64,000 nt of DNA, from NCBI GenBank assembly GCA_024650005.2, contig CP122380.1, positions 1,056,001 through 1,120,000 on the forward strand, in the 5' to 3' direction. Below, piece after piece: positions 56,677-64,000 of the stretch (the stretch's first letter is position 1; each line of letters starts with the position of its first letter). The notes beneath the pieces are model-generated. The model was not told the DNA's origin and made no database searches. It saw nothing but the letters and a program-made list of their open reading frames with translations. A program made the translations under genes and the position numbers. The stretch comes from Candidatus Bathyarchaeum tardum (GTDB lineage: Archaea > Thermoproteota > Bathyarchaeia > Bathyarchaeales > Bathyarchaeaceae).

Positions 56677-57381
56677 TTAATATGTTGTCTGTTTAGGGCG
56701 GAGATAACGAGGGATGAATCCCGGCACATCATTTTTGTATTTGAGGTACCTTTCTCCATATTTTTCGATCGCTTCTTTTTCTTCTGTTTTGGAGAGTCTA
56801 TAATAGAGGATGACTACGACCGGCCATAGGGCAAGCATGATGATGGTTAGCCATTGTATGTTCATTCCTAAGGTTATCAGGAAAAATCCCAAGTATTGGG
56901 GGTGGCGTATGTATCGGTACAATCCAGTGGTGACAAGTTTGCCTTTGCCTTCGTAGATTTGTTTCCATCCGTAGATTACTAGTAGTATGCCAATGCCCAT
57001 GACAATTTTTGAGATGTTAAACACCCAGTGGTGGATCATAAAGGCTGTTTCTTGTCCTAGGGATTGGGTTAAAAAGAATTCAATAGAATAAACTTCGTTG
57101 TATCCGAACATTCCCATAAACACGTACATTGTTAATGGCAATCCGAACATTTCAGCAAAAAAGGCTACAGTAAATGCCAGATACACACTGCTTGGGAGTC
57201 TGGCTACTTTTCTTCTGAATTGGATTGTGGCAATAAATATACTAAAAAAAATAACATTAGCGGCAACCAATAACCATTGGTTCCAACCAAACGAGGTCAA
57301 GGTCAAATAATACAAGAAAACACTAACAACACTAACAATAACGATGAACAACAAAATGCTCTTGATTTTTTTTGTATTAAT
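56677..57381 (-). CDS. Isoprenylcysteine carboxyl methyltransferase/PEMT-like membrane protein
   Basis: LVTTGLYRYIRHPQY, EE..KYGE.Y..Y..VP.F; AEMFGLPLT; possible ATT start at 57381 (TTG at 57354 is the alternative). Confidence 0.85.
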   Translation of the reverse strand: MNTKKIKSILLFIVIVSVVSVFLYYLTLTSFGWNQWLLVAANVIFFSIFIATIQFRRKVARLPSSVYLAFTVAFFAEMFGLPLTMYVFMGMFGYNEVYSIEFFLTQSLGQETAFMIHHWVFNISKIVMGIGILLVIYGWKQIYEGKGKLVTTGLYRYIRHPQYLGFFLITLGMNIQWLTIIMLALWPVVVILYYRLSKTEEKEAIEKYGERYLKYKNDVPGFIPRYLRPKQTTY

Positions 57382-57441
57382 TTTTGTAGCCTCCCTTTGT
57401 TCATCAAAAATATTTAGAGTTGTTATCTAAAAACTTTTTTT

Positions 57442-57493
57442 GTCAAGAAACATTGACCAAATTTTTTGTAAACTAGTCAAGAAACCTTGACTA
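57442..57493. promoter_or_regulatory. Two tandem palindromic operators GTCAA-N6-TTGAC
   Basis: GTCAAGAAACATTGAC (57442-57457) and GTCAAGAAACCTTGAC (57476-57491), upstream of the ICMT-like gene. Confidence 0.7.
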
Positions 57494-57704
57494 TCAAATT
57501 AAATGCCAAAATTGAACCTTTATTTTTAGTTGCCTGCTGTGCAGAAAAAATAATAAAAATAGTTTTAGGATATTTGATTTTGAAGTTATTTTGAAAAATA
57601 GGCAAAAATTGTTTTAGGTTATTTTCCCACTCGGATGTAAACGGCAATAAAAGTCTGTAAAGGGGTGGAAAAATGTAGGTGATGTTAATTTAGACATTTT
57701 TGAT

Positions 57705-58781
57705 TTACTTGTTTATGATTACAGTTTGTGTTGGGTATGCGAATTCTATTTTTTCTTTTTCGAATTCTTTTTTGAGTTTTAGGTTAATTTCTTGTTGGGT
57801 GTCCATGTATTTGTTATAGTCCGAAGTGTTCACGTAGTATACTACTTCAAAATTCAGGCTAAAATCGCCGTATTCTTTGAAATGTACTCTATCAAACTCT
57901 ACTAACTCAATTGAACTTATAACTTCTTTTGTTATTTCCAACGCTTTTTCTAGTTTTTCTGATGATGTACTGTAAATTAATCCATACTTGAATTGCACTC
58001 TTCTGCGTTCCATTTTTTTGTAGTTATGAATTTGGGCTGAGGTTAATTCTTGATTTGGAATTATTACTTCTTCCCCCCATAGGCTTTGAATTCGGGTGCT
58101 TCGGATTCCAACTTTTTTTACTACCCCTAAGTTATCACCAACAATAATGAAGTCACCTATACTGAATGGTTTATCAAAAAATATTGAAAATGAAGCAAAA
58201 ATGTCACTCAAAACATGTTGGAGCCCAAAGGCAAGAACGATTCCGGCTACTCCAAAGCTTGCAACTATTGTGGTCATGTCGTAACCAAAAAGAGTAATAA
58301 TGTACAGAAAGGCTAGGCTCCAGAGTATTACTTTTGATATTCTCCCAATCACATTTGCTACTGAGCGCCCGTTTTCTGGATCTTTTTCTTTTGTTACTTT
58401 AACTATTCCGTAATCGACTACCTGTTGTAGGCTTTTTATGATAATGAAAATAACAACTATCGGTGTAACATAACCAAAAATCGTGGTTATAATCACGGGC
58501 AGTTGGATAAAATTGATTGCCAAATATGTGGCGAAAAATACGTAGAAATGCCATCCTATGTTGTCAACAATTTTTATTATTACATTGTCAATTTCAGCAG
58601 ATGTTTTGTCTGCAGCGTGTGTTAGTCTTTTGATTACTTTATATTTGATTGTTTTGAAAACGATTAGTGAAACAAAAAAAACTGTTATTGCCAAAAGGTA
58701 GTCTCGTAAAGCATTGTCAAATATTGTGTAACTCAAAATTTCGTTTAACGTCATTAATATCTTGTTGTTGCAACGTAACAT
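57705..58781 (-). CDS. mscS: Small-conductance mechanosensitive channel
   Basis: LAFGLQ, DKPFSIGDFI, GIRSTRI, IPNQEL, IEFAYPT (alternative start 58754). Confidence 0.93.
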   Translation of the reverse strand: MLRCNNKILMTLNEILSYTIFDNALRDYLLAITVFFVSLIVFKTIKYKVIKRLTHAADKTSAEIDNVIIKIVDNIGWHFYVFFATYLAINFIQLPVIITTIFGYVTPIVVIFIIIKSLQQVVDYGIVKVTKEKDPENGRSVANVIGRISKVILWSLAFLYIITLFGYDMTTIVASFGVAGIVLAFGLQHVLSDIFASFSIFFDKPFSIGDFIIVGDNLGVVKKVGIRSTRIQSLWGEEVIIPNQELTSAQIHNYKKMERRRVQFKYGLIYSTSSEKLEKALEITKEVISSIELVEFDRVHFKEYGDFSLNFEVVYYVNTSDYNKYMDTQQEINLKLKKEFEKEKIEFAYPTQTVIINK

Positions 58782-59264
58782 TCTTAATAAATATTTTTCA
58801 AAAATTATTTAATTTGGATATTTTTTTGTTTTTCTGTTGTTAATTATTTGACAACAATTAGGAATATGAAGTAACTCTACTCTTTTTTCGTAATTTTAAC
58901 AGGTTTTTAATATGTTGGATATGTATGATGTTATTTTTTAGTATAAACATAATCCCAACATTAGCATTATTATTTTTTTTTTAAAAAAAAACCCCATATA
59001 TTTGATGGGTAAAATTTAAATGAAAAAAAAATAAACTGTAACTGTAATTGCATAAGCAAAACTGATGTGAAACTGATCAAAATTTTGTTCACATCGCGAT
59101 TTAAACACTTCATTTACTCTGTTTGTTGTAATTAGCAACTGATTTTGTTCAAGTTTAATGGCTTCATTATTGAGACTTTTCAGCTCAAGTGCGTATGATG
59201 GGTAACATTTACCTTTTTGTTGCATGTTTCGGATTCACTTGCCTTTTTGCAGAGTTGACTGAAA

Positions 59265-59993
59265 ATGGAAAGCCAAGATATTCCTCAAAGTGATGGTGCA
59301 GCAGAACAAGAAATTATGCTGTTGGAATCTGCTTTGTATGTTGCTGGGTGCCCGTTGGATTTACGAACATTGTGTAATGTTTTAGGAATCAGATCAAAAG
59401 ACAAAGCATTAAAAACAGCCCAAACTCTAGTGGAACAATATAACGCCTATAACGGTTCAGACGTTGTTGGAGCAAAGGTCTGTGTGAACGGAACAGAATG
59501 CGTAACAAACAGTTCAGGGTGGGCAGGTTTTAATGCTTTTTACGTTTCTGCTGGTAAACGAGTATGGACTGTTACAGATTTAACCCATTCAACAGTTACT
59601 GGATACAAGGTTACTGCTGCAACTCCAAATGTGGTTTGGGATTCAATTGTTATTGATGTGGAAGTTTCTGCTACTGCCTTTGGATCAATGAGGTTTACTG
59701 TGAATGTTGTCTCTGGTTATGATTGTCGTTCAGTTACTGGGGCAAAGGTTCTAGCAAATGGAGAAACTTGCACAGAAACCAAACTTGGTGTATATGAAAT
59801 ACAGCTAGGTTCATGGAATTCAATTCAGCAAGTGACCATAGTTGTTGAACGGTTAGACGCCTCCACATGGTTTTCAGGTTCTTTTGATAATTTTTCAAAT
59901 ATTGTCCTGTATGTTGCAGTCGTTGCTACGGTGATTGCTATTAGTATTATTTTTTGGATGCACCACAAGTCCAAAACTATTGAATCGAAGTAG
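59265..59993 (+). CDS. Chimeric ORF: ScpB N-terminal fragment fused to the C-terminal part of a membrane-anchored surface protein
   Basis: LLESALYVAGCPLDLRTL..L..LVEQY is ScpB-like; the rest is Ig-like (GAKVCVNG, GAKVLANG) with a C-terminal TM. Confidence 0.65.
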   Translation: MESQDIPQSDGAAEQEIMLLESALYVAGCPLDLRTLCNVLGIRSKDKALKTAQTLVEQYNAYNGSDVVGAKVCVNGTECVTNSSGWAGFNAFYVSAGKRVWTVTDLTHSTVTGYKVTAATPNVVWDSIVIDVEVSATAFGSMRFTVNVVSGYDCRSVTGAKVLANGETCTETKLGVYEIQLGSWNSIQQVTIVVERLDASTWFSGSFDNFSNIVLYVAVVATVIAISIIFWMHHKSKTIESK

Positions 59994-60055
59994 CTAGATG
60001 TTTTTTTGCATAAATATATAATTGACTGATTACTAGCCTGATTAGATTTGGTTAT

Positions 60056-61660
60056 TTGAGGCGAGAACACGTTTTGGTGGATAAAGCCAAAGACTTGGGC
60101 AAAGTTTCAGCCAAAGGCGGATTTAACCTATTTTGGGGCATCGCTCTTTCTTCTGTGATTACCGCCTTGGGTATAATCCTGATTGGACGGGACCTAACAG
60201 GCGAACAAATGGGCTTAGTTTCTATTGTTTTGATTGCTCCTAATCTCATCAAGACCTTTCGTGACCTCGGAGTAGACCAAGCAACTATCAAATACGTTGC
60301 ACAGTATCGGGCTGAAGATAAATTAGACAAAGTTAAACAAATTATAGCTTCAGAAGTCCTGTTTGAATTCCTTGTTGGATTCGTGTTGTTTGCATGTTCT
60401 TTTTTGCTTTCAGGATTTTTTGCCCAAATTTACGACAGACCTGAAATCACTGGGCTGATTCAAATTGCATCCATCATCATTTTTGCAGAAGCCCTGATGA
60501 AAGCAGCTCAATCTGCTTTTACGGGTTACGAAAAAATGGGGTTATACAGCGCAATGCTGGTTGTGCAATCGGGGGTTAAAACTGGCTTGATGGTCTTGCT
60601 TGTAAAATTGGGCTATGGCGTATATGGTGCAACTTTAGGTGATGCTACATCCTATTTAGTTGCAGGAGCCCTTGGAATGATTGGTTTGTATTTTGCAGTT
60701 TATCGGGGCTTACACAAGTTTTCGGGACCGTTGCAGATAATTTCTACATTGAAGTCTATGTTTCGGTATGGAATCCCCGTGTCCATTGCATGGACTATTA
60801 ACGCTTTTTTAACACAGTTTTACAGTACCCTTTTAGCTATTTATAGTTCAGATTTAATCATGGGCAACTATTTCATTGCCTTGAGTTTTTCGGTTATCTT
60901 AACTTTCTTTGTGGTTCCCCTGAATACTATACTGTTTCCAGCCTTTTCTAAAATCAACCAGCAAACAGAGTCTGAACTCCTTAAAACAGTTTTTAGGTCG
61001 TCTGTAAAATACGCTACCCTGATTGTTGCACCTGCTACACTGGCGGTGATGGTTTTGGCGCAACCTGCAATTTACACCTTGTTTGGGGACAAATTTGAGT
61101 TTACTCCCCTGTATGTTGCCTTGTATGTGGCTATCTACTTGTACACTGCAATTGGCAGTTTAAGTGCAGGAAACGTAATCAACAGCCAAGGACGAACTGA
61201 AGTCAACCTCAAACTAACCCTGATAACCGCCGCAATGGGGTTATCCCTGAGTTTAATTTTGATTCCCCTGTTTGGCGTTATTGGGCTATTGGCTACTTAC
61301 CTTGTTGCTGGAATCCCCAGCACCCTTCTAGCCCTTTGGTGGATAAACAAACATTACAACGCCAGCATCGATTACTTATCATCAGCAAAAATTCTGAGTG
61401 CATCCACAGCAAGCGCAGCAGTAACTTTTCTTGTAATTTCTCAACTCCAGCAAGCCAGCTGGATAAACCTCATACTGGGGGCAGTGGTATTTGTTGCCGT
61501 GTTCCTTTTTATGGCGCCTCTGTTTAGGGCAATCAACAGAACAGACATCCAATATCTCAAAGAAACAATAAACGCCCTTGGGCCACTTTCAAAAATCTTG
61601 AACATTCCGTTTACTATATTAGAAAAACTAACAAACATATTCCAACCCAGTAATAAGTAG
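60056..61660 (+). CDS. Oligosaccharide flippase (Wzx/MATE-like)
   Basis: DLGVDQATIKY, GYGVYGA, LFPAFSKI, LIPLFGVIG; about 14 TM helices. Confidence 0.87.
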   Translation: MRREHVLVDKAKDLGKVSAKGGFNLFWGIALSSVITALGIILIGRDLTGEQMGLVSIVLIAPNLIKTFRDLGVDQATIKYVAQYRAEDKLDKVKQIIASEVLFEFLVGFVLFACSFLLSGFFAQIYDRPEITGLIQIASIIIFAEALMKAAQSAFTGYEKMGLYSAMLVVQSGVKTGLMVLLVKLGYGVYGATLGDATSYLVAGALGMIGLYFAVYRGLHKFSGPLQIISTLKSMFRYGIPVSIAWTINAFLTQFYSTLLAIYSSDLIMGNYFIALSFSVILTFFVVPLNTILFPAFSKINQQTESELLKTVFRSSVKYATLIVAPATLAVMVLAQPAIYTLFGDKFEFTPLYVALYVAIYLYTAIGSLSAGNVINSQGRTEVNLKLTLITAAMGLSLSLILIPLFGVIGLLATYLVAGIPSTLLALWWINKHYNASIDYLSSAKILSASTASAAVTFLVISQLQQASWINLILGAVVFVAVFLFMAPLFRAINRTDIQYLKETINALGPLSKILNIPFTILEKLTNIFQPSNK

Positions 61661-61779
61661 TTTTTCTATAAAACTTTTGCAGATTGTATATCAAACTTCG
61701 TACGTTTACAAAGATTAAAGAGTGCAATATCTTTGATTTTTGTCAAATGCTTTTAGCTATGTGTTGTTAACCTAGGTGT

Positions 61780-62292
61780 ATGGTGGCTGATGTGGCTAAA
61801 TTCACTGTTGTTTCTGCAAAGTTGCCTGTAGACCTTTATCAAGAACTAGCCTTACGGATTCCCGAAGGAGATCGAAGCAACTTTATCCGGGAAGCGATAT
61901 TTGAAAAACTTGAGCAAACTCCCCGGGCAAACAAATTATTGGAACTTGAAAATAACATTATTCAACTCACAAAAACAGTTAACACTATTAAAAACAGCTT
62001 AGCCAAACTTGAGATTTTAGCCCATGAATCTGGAAAAACAAATCCATACGTTTTTTGTGTGGACAGCATCGACCGCAAACTTGTAACTTTTCTTATCGAC
62101 TACAGGGGTGCCACGACCCCTGAAATTGCTGAACACCTAGAAACTAACAGGTGGCTTGTATTAAACAGGTTACGTAAACTTGAAAAAACGTCCAAAAATC
62201 AACTGGGAAAACCAATTGTCGAATACTACGCTGGACAAAGAAATGGTAAATGCAAAGCATGGTGGATAAACGAAGACCTAATAGAAACATGA
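61780..62292 (+). CDS. RHH + coiled-coil + wHTH transcription regulator
   Basis: VVSAKLP..DRSNFIREAI RHH; GATTPEIAEHL..VLNRLRKL HTH. Confidence 0.72.
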   Translation: MVADVAKFTVVSAKLPVDLYQELALRIPEGDRSNFIREAIFEKLEQTPRANKLLELENNIIQLTKTVNTIKNSLAKLEILAHESGKTNPYVFCVDSIDRKLVTFLIDYRGATTPEIAEHLETNRWLVLNRLRKLEKTSKNQLGKPIVEYYAGQRNGKCKAWWINEDLIET

Positions 62293-62365
62293 CCTACAGC
62301 TTGTTGTATGGAACTGCTGTAACAATCCTTATTTTATAGAACATGACTGAACCAATGAACACAAA

Positions 62366-62465
62366 GGGTCCGTAGCCCAGCCAGGATTAAGGCGTCGAAC
62401 CTCAATAAAGGTGTGCAAGCCTCCGAAGCCGGAAATCCGGGGTTCAAATCCCCGCGGACCCGCCA
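62366..62465 (+). tRNA. tRNA-Arg(CCG) with 21-nt intron at position 29/30 (62398-62418)
   Basis: Acceptor stem GGGTCCG/CGGACCC, T-arm CGGGG-TTCAAAT-CCCCG, encoded CCA; removing the intron gives TCGGC-CTCCGAA-GCCGG. Confidence 0.92.
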
Positions 62466-62510
62466 ATTTTAGCTCAGCTATTTAGTGGAATACATAATTA
62501 GATGCAACTT

Positions 62511-62693
62511 TTATTGTGTTTGTGTTTTTGTTGCGTTTATTTTTTCGATTTCTTCTGTTCTTTTTCTAACTGATTCTGCAACAAATTCTGTTACGCTTCT
62601 GTAGCCTAGGTCGGTTCTGGTTTTTACTAAATTTTTTACTTTTAAATAAAGTCCTGAAGGAAGATTAACAGAGTCGTATCCTTTTACTGGCAT
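62511..62693 (-). CDS. Small ribbon-helix-helix (CopG-like) protein
   Basis: YDSVNLP..LY..V..LGYRSVTEFVAESVRK. Confidence 0.75.
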   Translation of the reverse strand: MPVKGYDSVNLPSGLYLKVKNLVKTRTDLGYRSVTEFVAESVRKRTEEIEKINATKTQTQ

Positions 62694-62825
62694 TTTACCG
62701 TCACAAATGCGAAAATGTTTGATGGCCTTTAATAGTTTTACTGTATCCTTGTCGTCAGTTTGACTTAGATTTAATTGGTGAAAACAAACAATAGATCGCA
62801 GAAAAGAAATAAATGGAAATGATAA

Positions 62826-62842
62826 TCAGCAACATTTGCTGA
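62826..62842. promoter_or_regulatory. Perfect 7-3-7 palindrome, candidate operator
   Basis: TCAGCAA-CAT-TTGCTGA between the divergent RHH and CBS genes. Confidence 0.4.
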
Positions 62843-63040
62843 ATTAGAAAAGACTTGTAAAAACTAGGGAAAATCATTGGAGCAACTTTTTAGTTCAATC
62901 TGTTCTCTTTTTTGTTTTTCTCATGAAAACCTTTAAAAATGTTGTAATAAAACGGAGTTTTAGAAAGAACTTGAGCGTTGGGCTCAGGAACAATTTAATA
63001 GTTCTTTCAATTCATGTCATAATGATGTTGGTGTAAAGCC

Positions 63041-63613
63041 ATGGCTGAAATAGGATTAAGACCAAGAATGTTAGTCAAAGATGTAATGAGCAGCCCTGCA
63101 GTAACAACTCCTGAAGATACTACTGTGGACAAAACAGCACAACTAATGAGCAGTGACCGTTTAGGCTGTATTATAGTAACAAGCAAGGATGGAAAAGCTC
63201 TCGGGATAATAACTGAACGTGATCTGGTAACACGGGTTTTAGCTAAAAACCTTAAACCTAGCAAATTAACTGCTAAAGAAGTCATGTCAACACCCCTAAT
63301 CACAGTAGACCCTGAGGAAAAACTAACTGAAACTGCTCGTCGAATGAGTAAACTTGACATCCGAAGAATGGGTGTAGTATACAAAGGAAATCTAGTGGGA
63401 ATCATTTCAAGCAGAGATATTTTGGCAATAACTCCTGAACTTTTAGAAAACATGCAAGAAAAAGCTCGAATAGAACGAGATGTAGAGTTGGATGAAAACG
63501 ATTCAGAATCAAATCCTTCAGCAGGATACTGTGAACAATGCGGAAGCTGGTCAGAAAACTTGGATGAAATTGATGGAACATACCTTTGTGAAGACTGCCA
63601 AATGGATCTCTAA
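63041..63613 (+). CDS. CBS-pair protein with C-terminal zinc ribbon
   Basis: VKDVMS..GIITERD..KEVMS..GIISSRD; CEQCG..LCEDC. Confidence 0.9.
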   Translation: MAEIGLRPRMLVKDVMSSPAVTTPEDTTVDKTAQLMSSDRLGCIIVTSKDGKALGIITERDLVTRVLAKNLKPSKLTAKEVMSTPLITVDPEEKLTETARRMSKLDIRRMGVVYKGNLVGIISSRDILAITPELLENMQEKARIERDVELDENDSESNPSAGYCEQCGSWSENLDEIDGTYLCEDCQMDL

Positions 63614-63761
63614 AGATTTGTACGTTTGTTCGGGTTAATCCTAAATGGATCTTCAGTAAAACGGATGTATAAGCGTCCGAGCTTTGTTTTATTTTTTTTA
63701 TTATTTGATTTGCCTGTACGCTTATAACATCTGTAATCGATAATTCTTTGAAGGTTTAATC

Positions 63762-64000
63762 GTGACAATCGACACTGTGCTTTACAATTGCAAACTTTAT
63801 TTTGGTGGGGAACTAATCGAAGCCGGAATCGGAATTGATGGCGGAAAAATTGTCAAAATTGCTAAAGATTTGAACCTTCCTAATGGGTCAACAAGAATCA
63901 ATCTGAACGGCAACATAATTCTTCCCGGATTAATTGATGGTCACGTCCATTTGCGTGATCAACAATTGGCATATAAAGAAACCTTCAAAACTGGGACTGC
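63762..64000 (+). CDS. pyrC: Dihydroorotase/allantoinase-type amidohydrolase, N-terminal part (runs off window)
   Basis: Hand translation: MTIDTVLYNCKLY..GIDGGKIVKI..ILPGLIDGHVHLRD..YKETFKTGT. Confidence 0.82.
   Translation, partial: MTIDTVLYNCKLYFGGELIEAGIGIDGGKIVKIAKDLNLPNGSTRINLNGNIILPGLIDGHVHLRDQQLAYKETFKTGT

Noticed and set aside
58970-59010. TnAn palindromes (also near 23700 and 40430)
   Set aside because: Low-complexity homopolymer runs, at most terminator-like.
1-64000. CRISPR arrays, rRNA genes, intact transposases or proviral genes
   Set aside because: No regularly spaced repeats, rRNA-like tracts or such ORFs were seen. The many short antisense ORFs in the track overlap well-supported genes and are treated as spurious.

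Overview
AT-rich archaeal chromosome segment, most consistent with Bathyarchaeia (TACK). The assignment rests on gene content only: archaeal CODH/ACS operon cdhABCDE, TBP, Cdv/ESCRT-III division cluster, eL38, a Cren7-like domain, SmAP3-type Lsm, ArcTGT, short XPF and a PQQ-like beta-propeller surface protein. Housekeeping blocks (Wood-Ljungdahl carbonyl branch, UvrBAC, cdvB-cdvA-cdvB2-cdvC, RNA processing, sugar-nucleotide genes) alternate with small accessory patches. Main observations: (1) a stand-alone 180-aa Rpo5/RpoH that appears to carry the N-terminal jaw domain usually considered specific to eukaryotic RPB5; (2) a winged-helix::Zn-Cren7-like fusion; (3) an ESCRT-III paralogue whose conserved N-terminal helices can only be translated from a non-canonical (AUA) start; (4) a PadR/PadR-divergent prenyltransferase-MFS module next to a wHTH-MinD/ParA pair and an ICMT-like gene; (5) five intergenic structured-RNA candidates; (6) tRNA-Arg(CCG) with a 29/30 intron, a ScpB::surface-protein chimera, a decayed response regulator, and a TIR-bounded element next to an integrase remnant. 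All family calls come from recognising motifs by eye; no searches were run.
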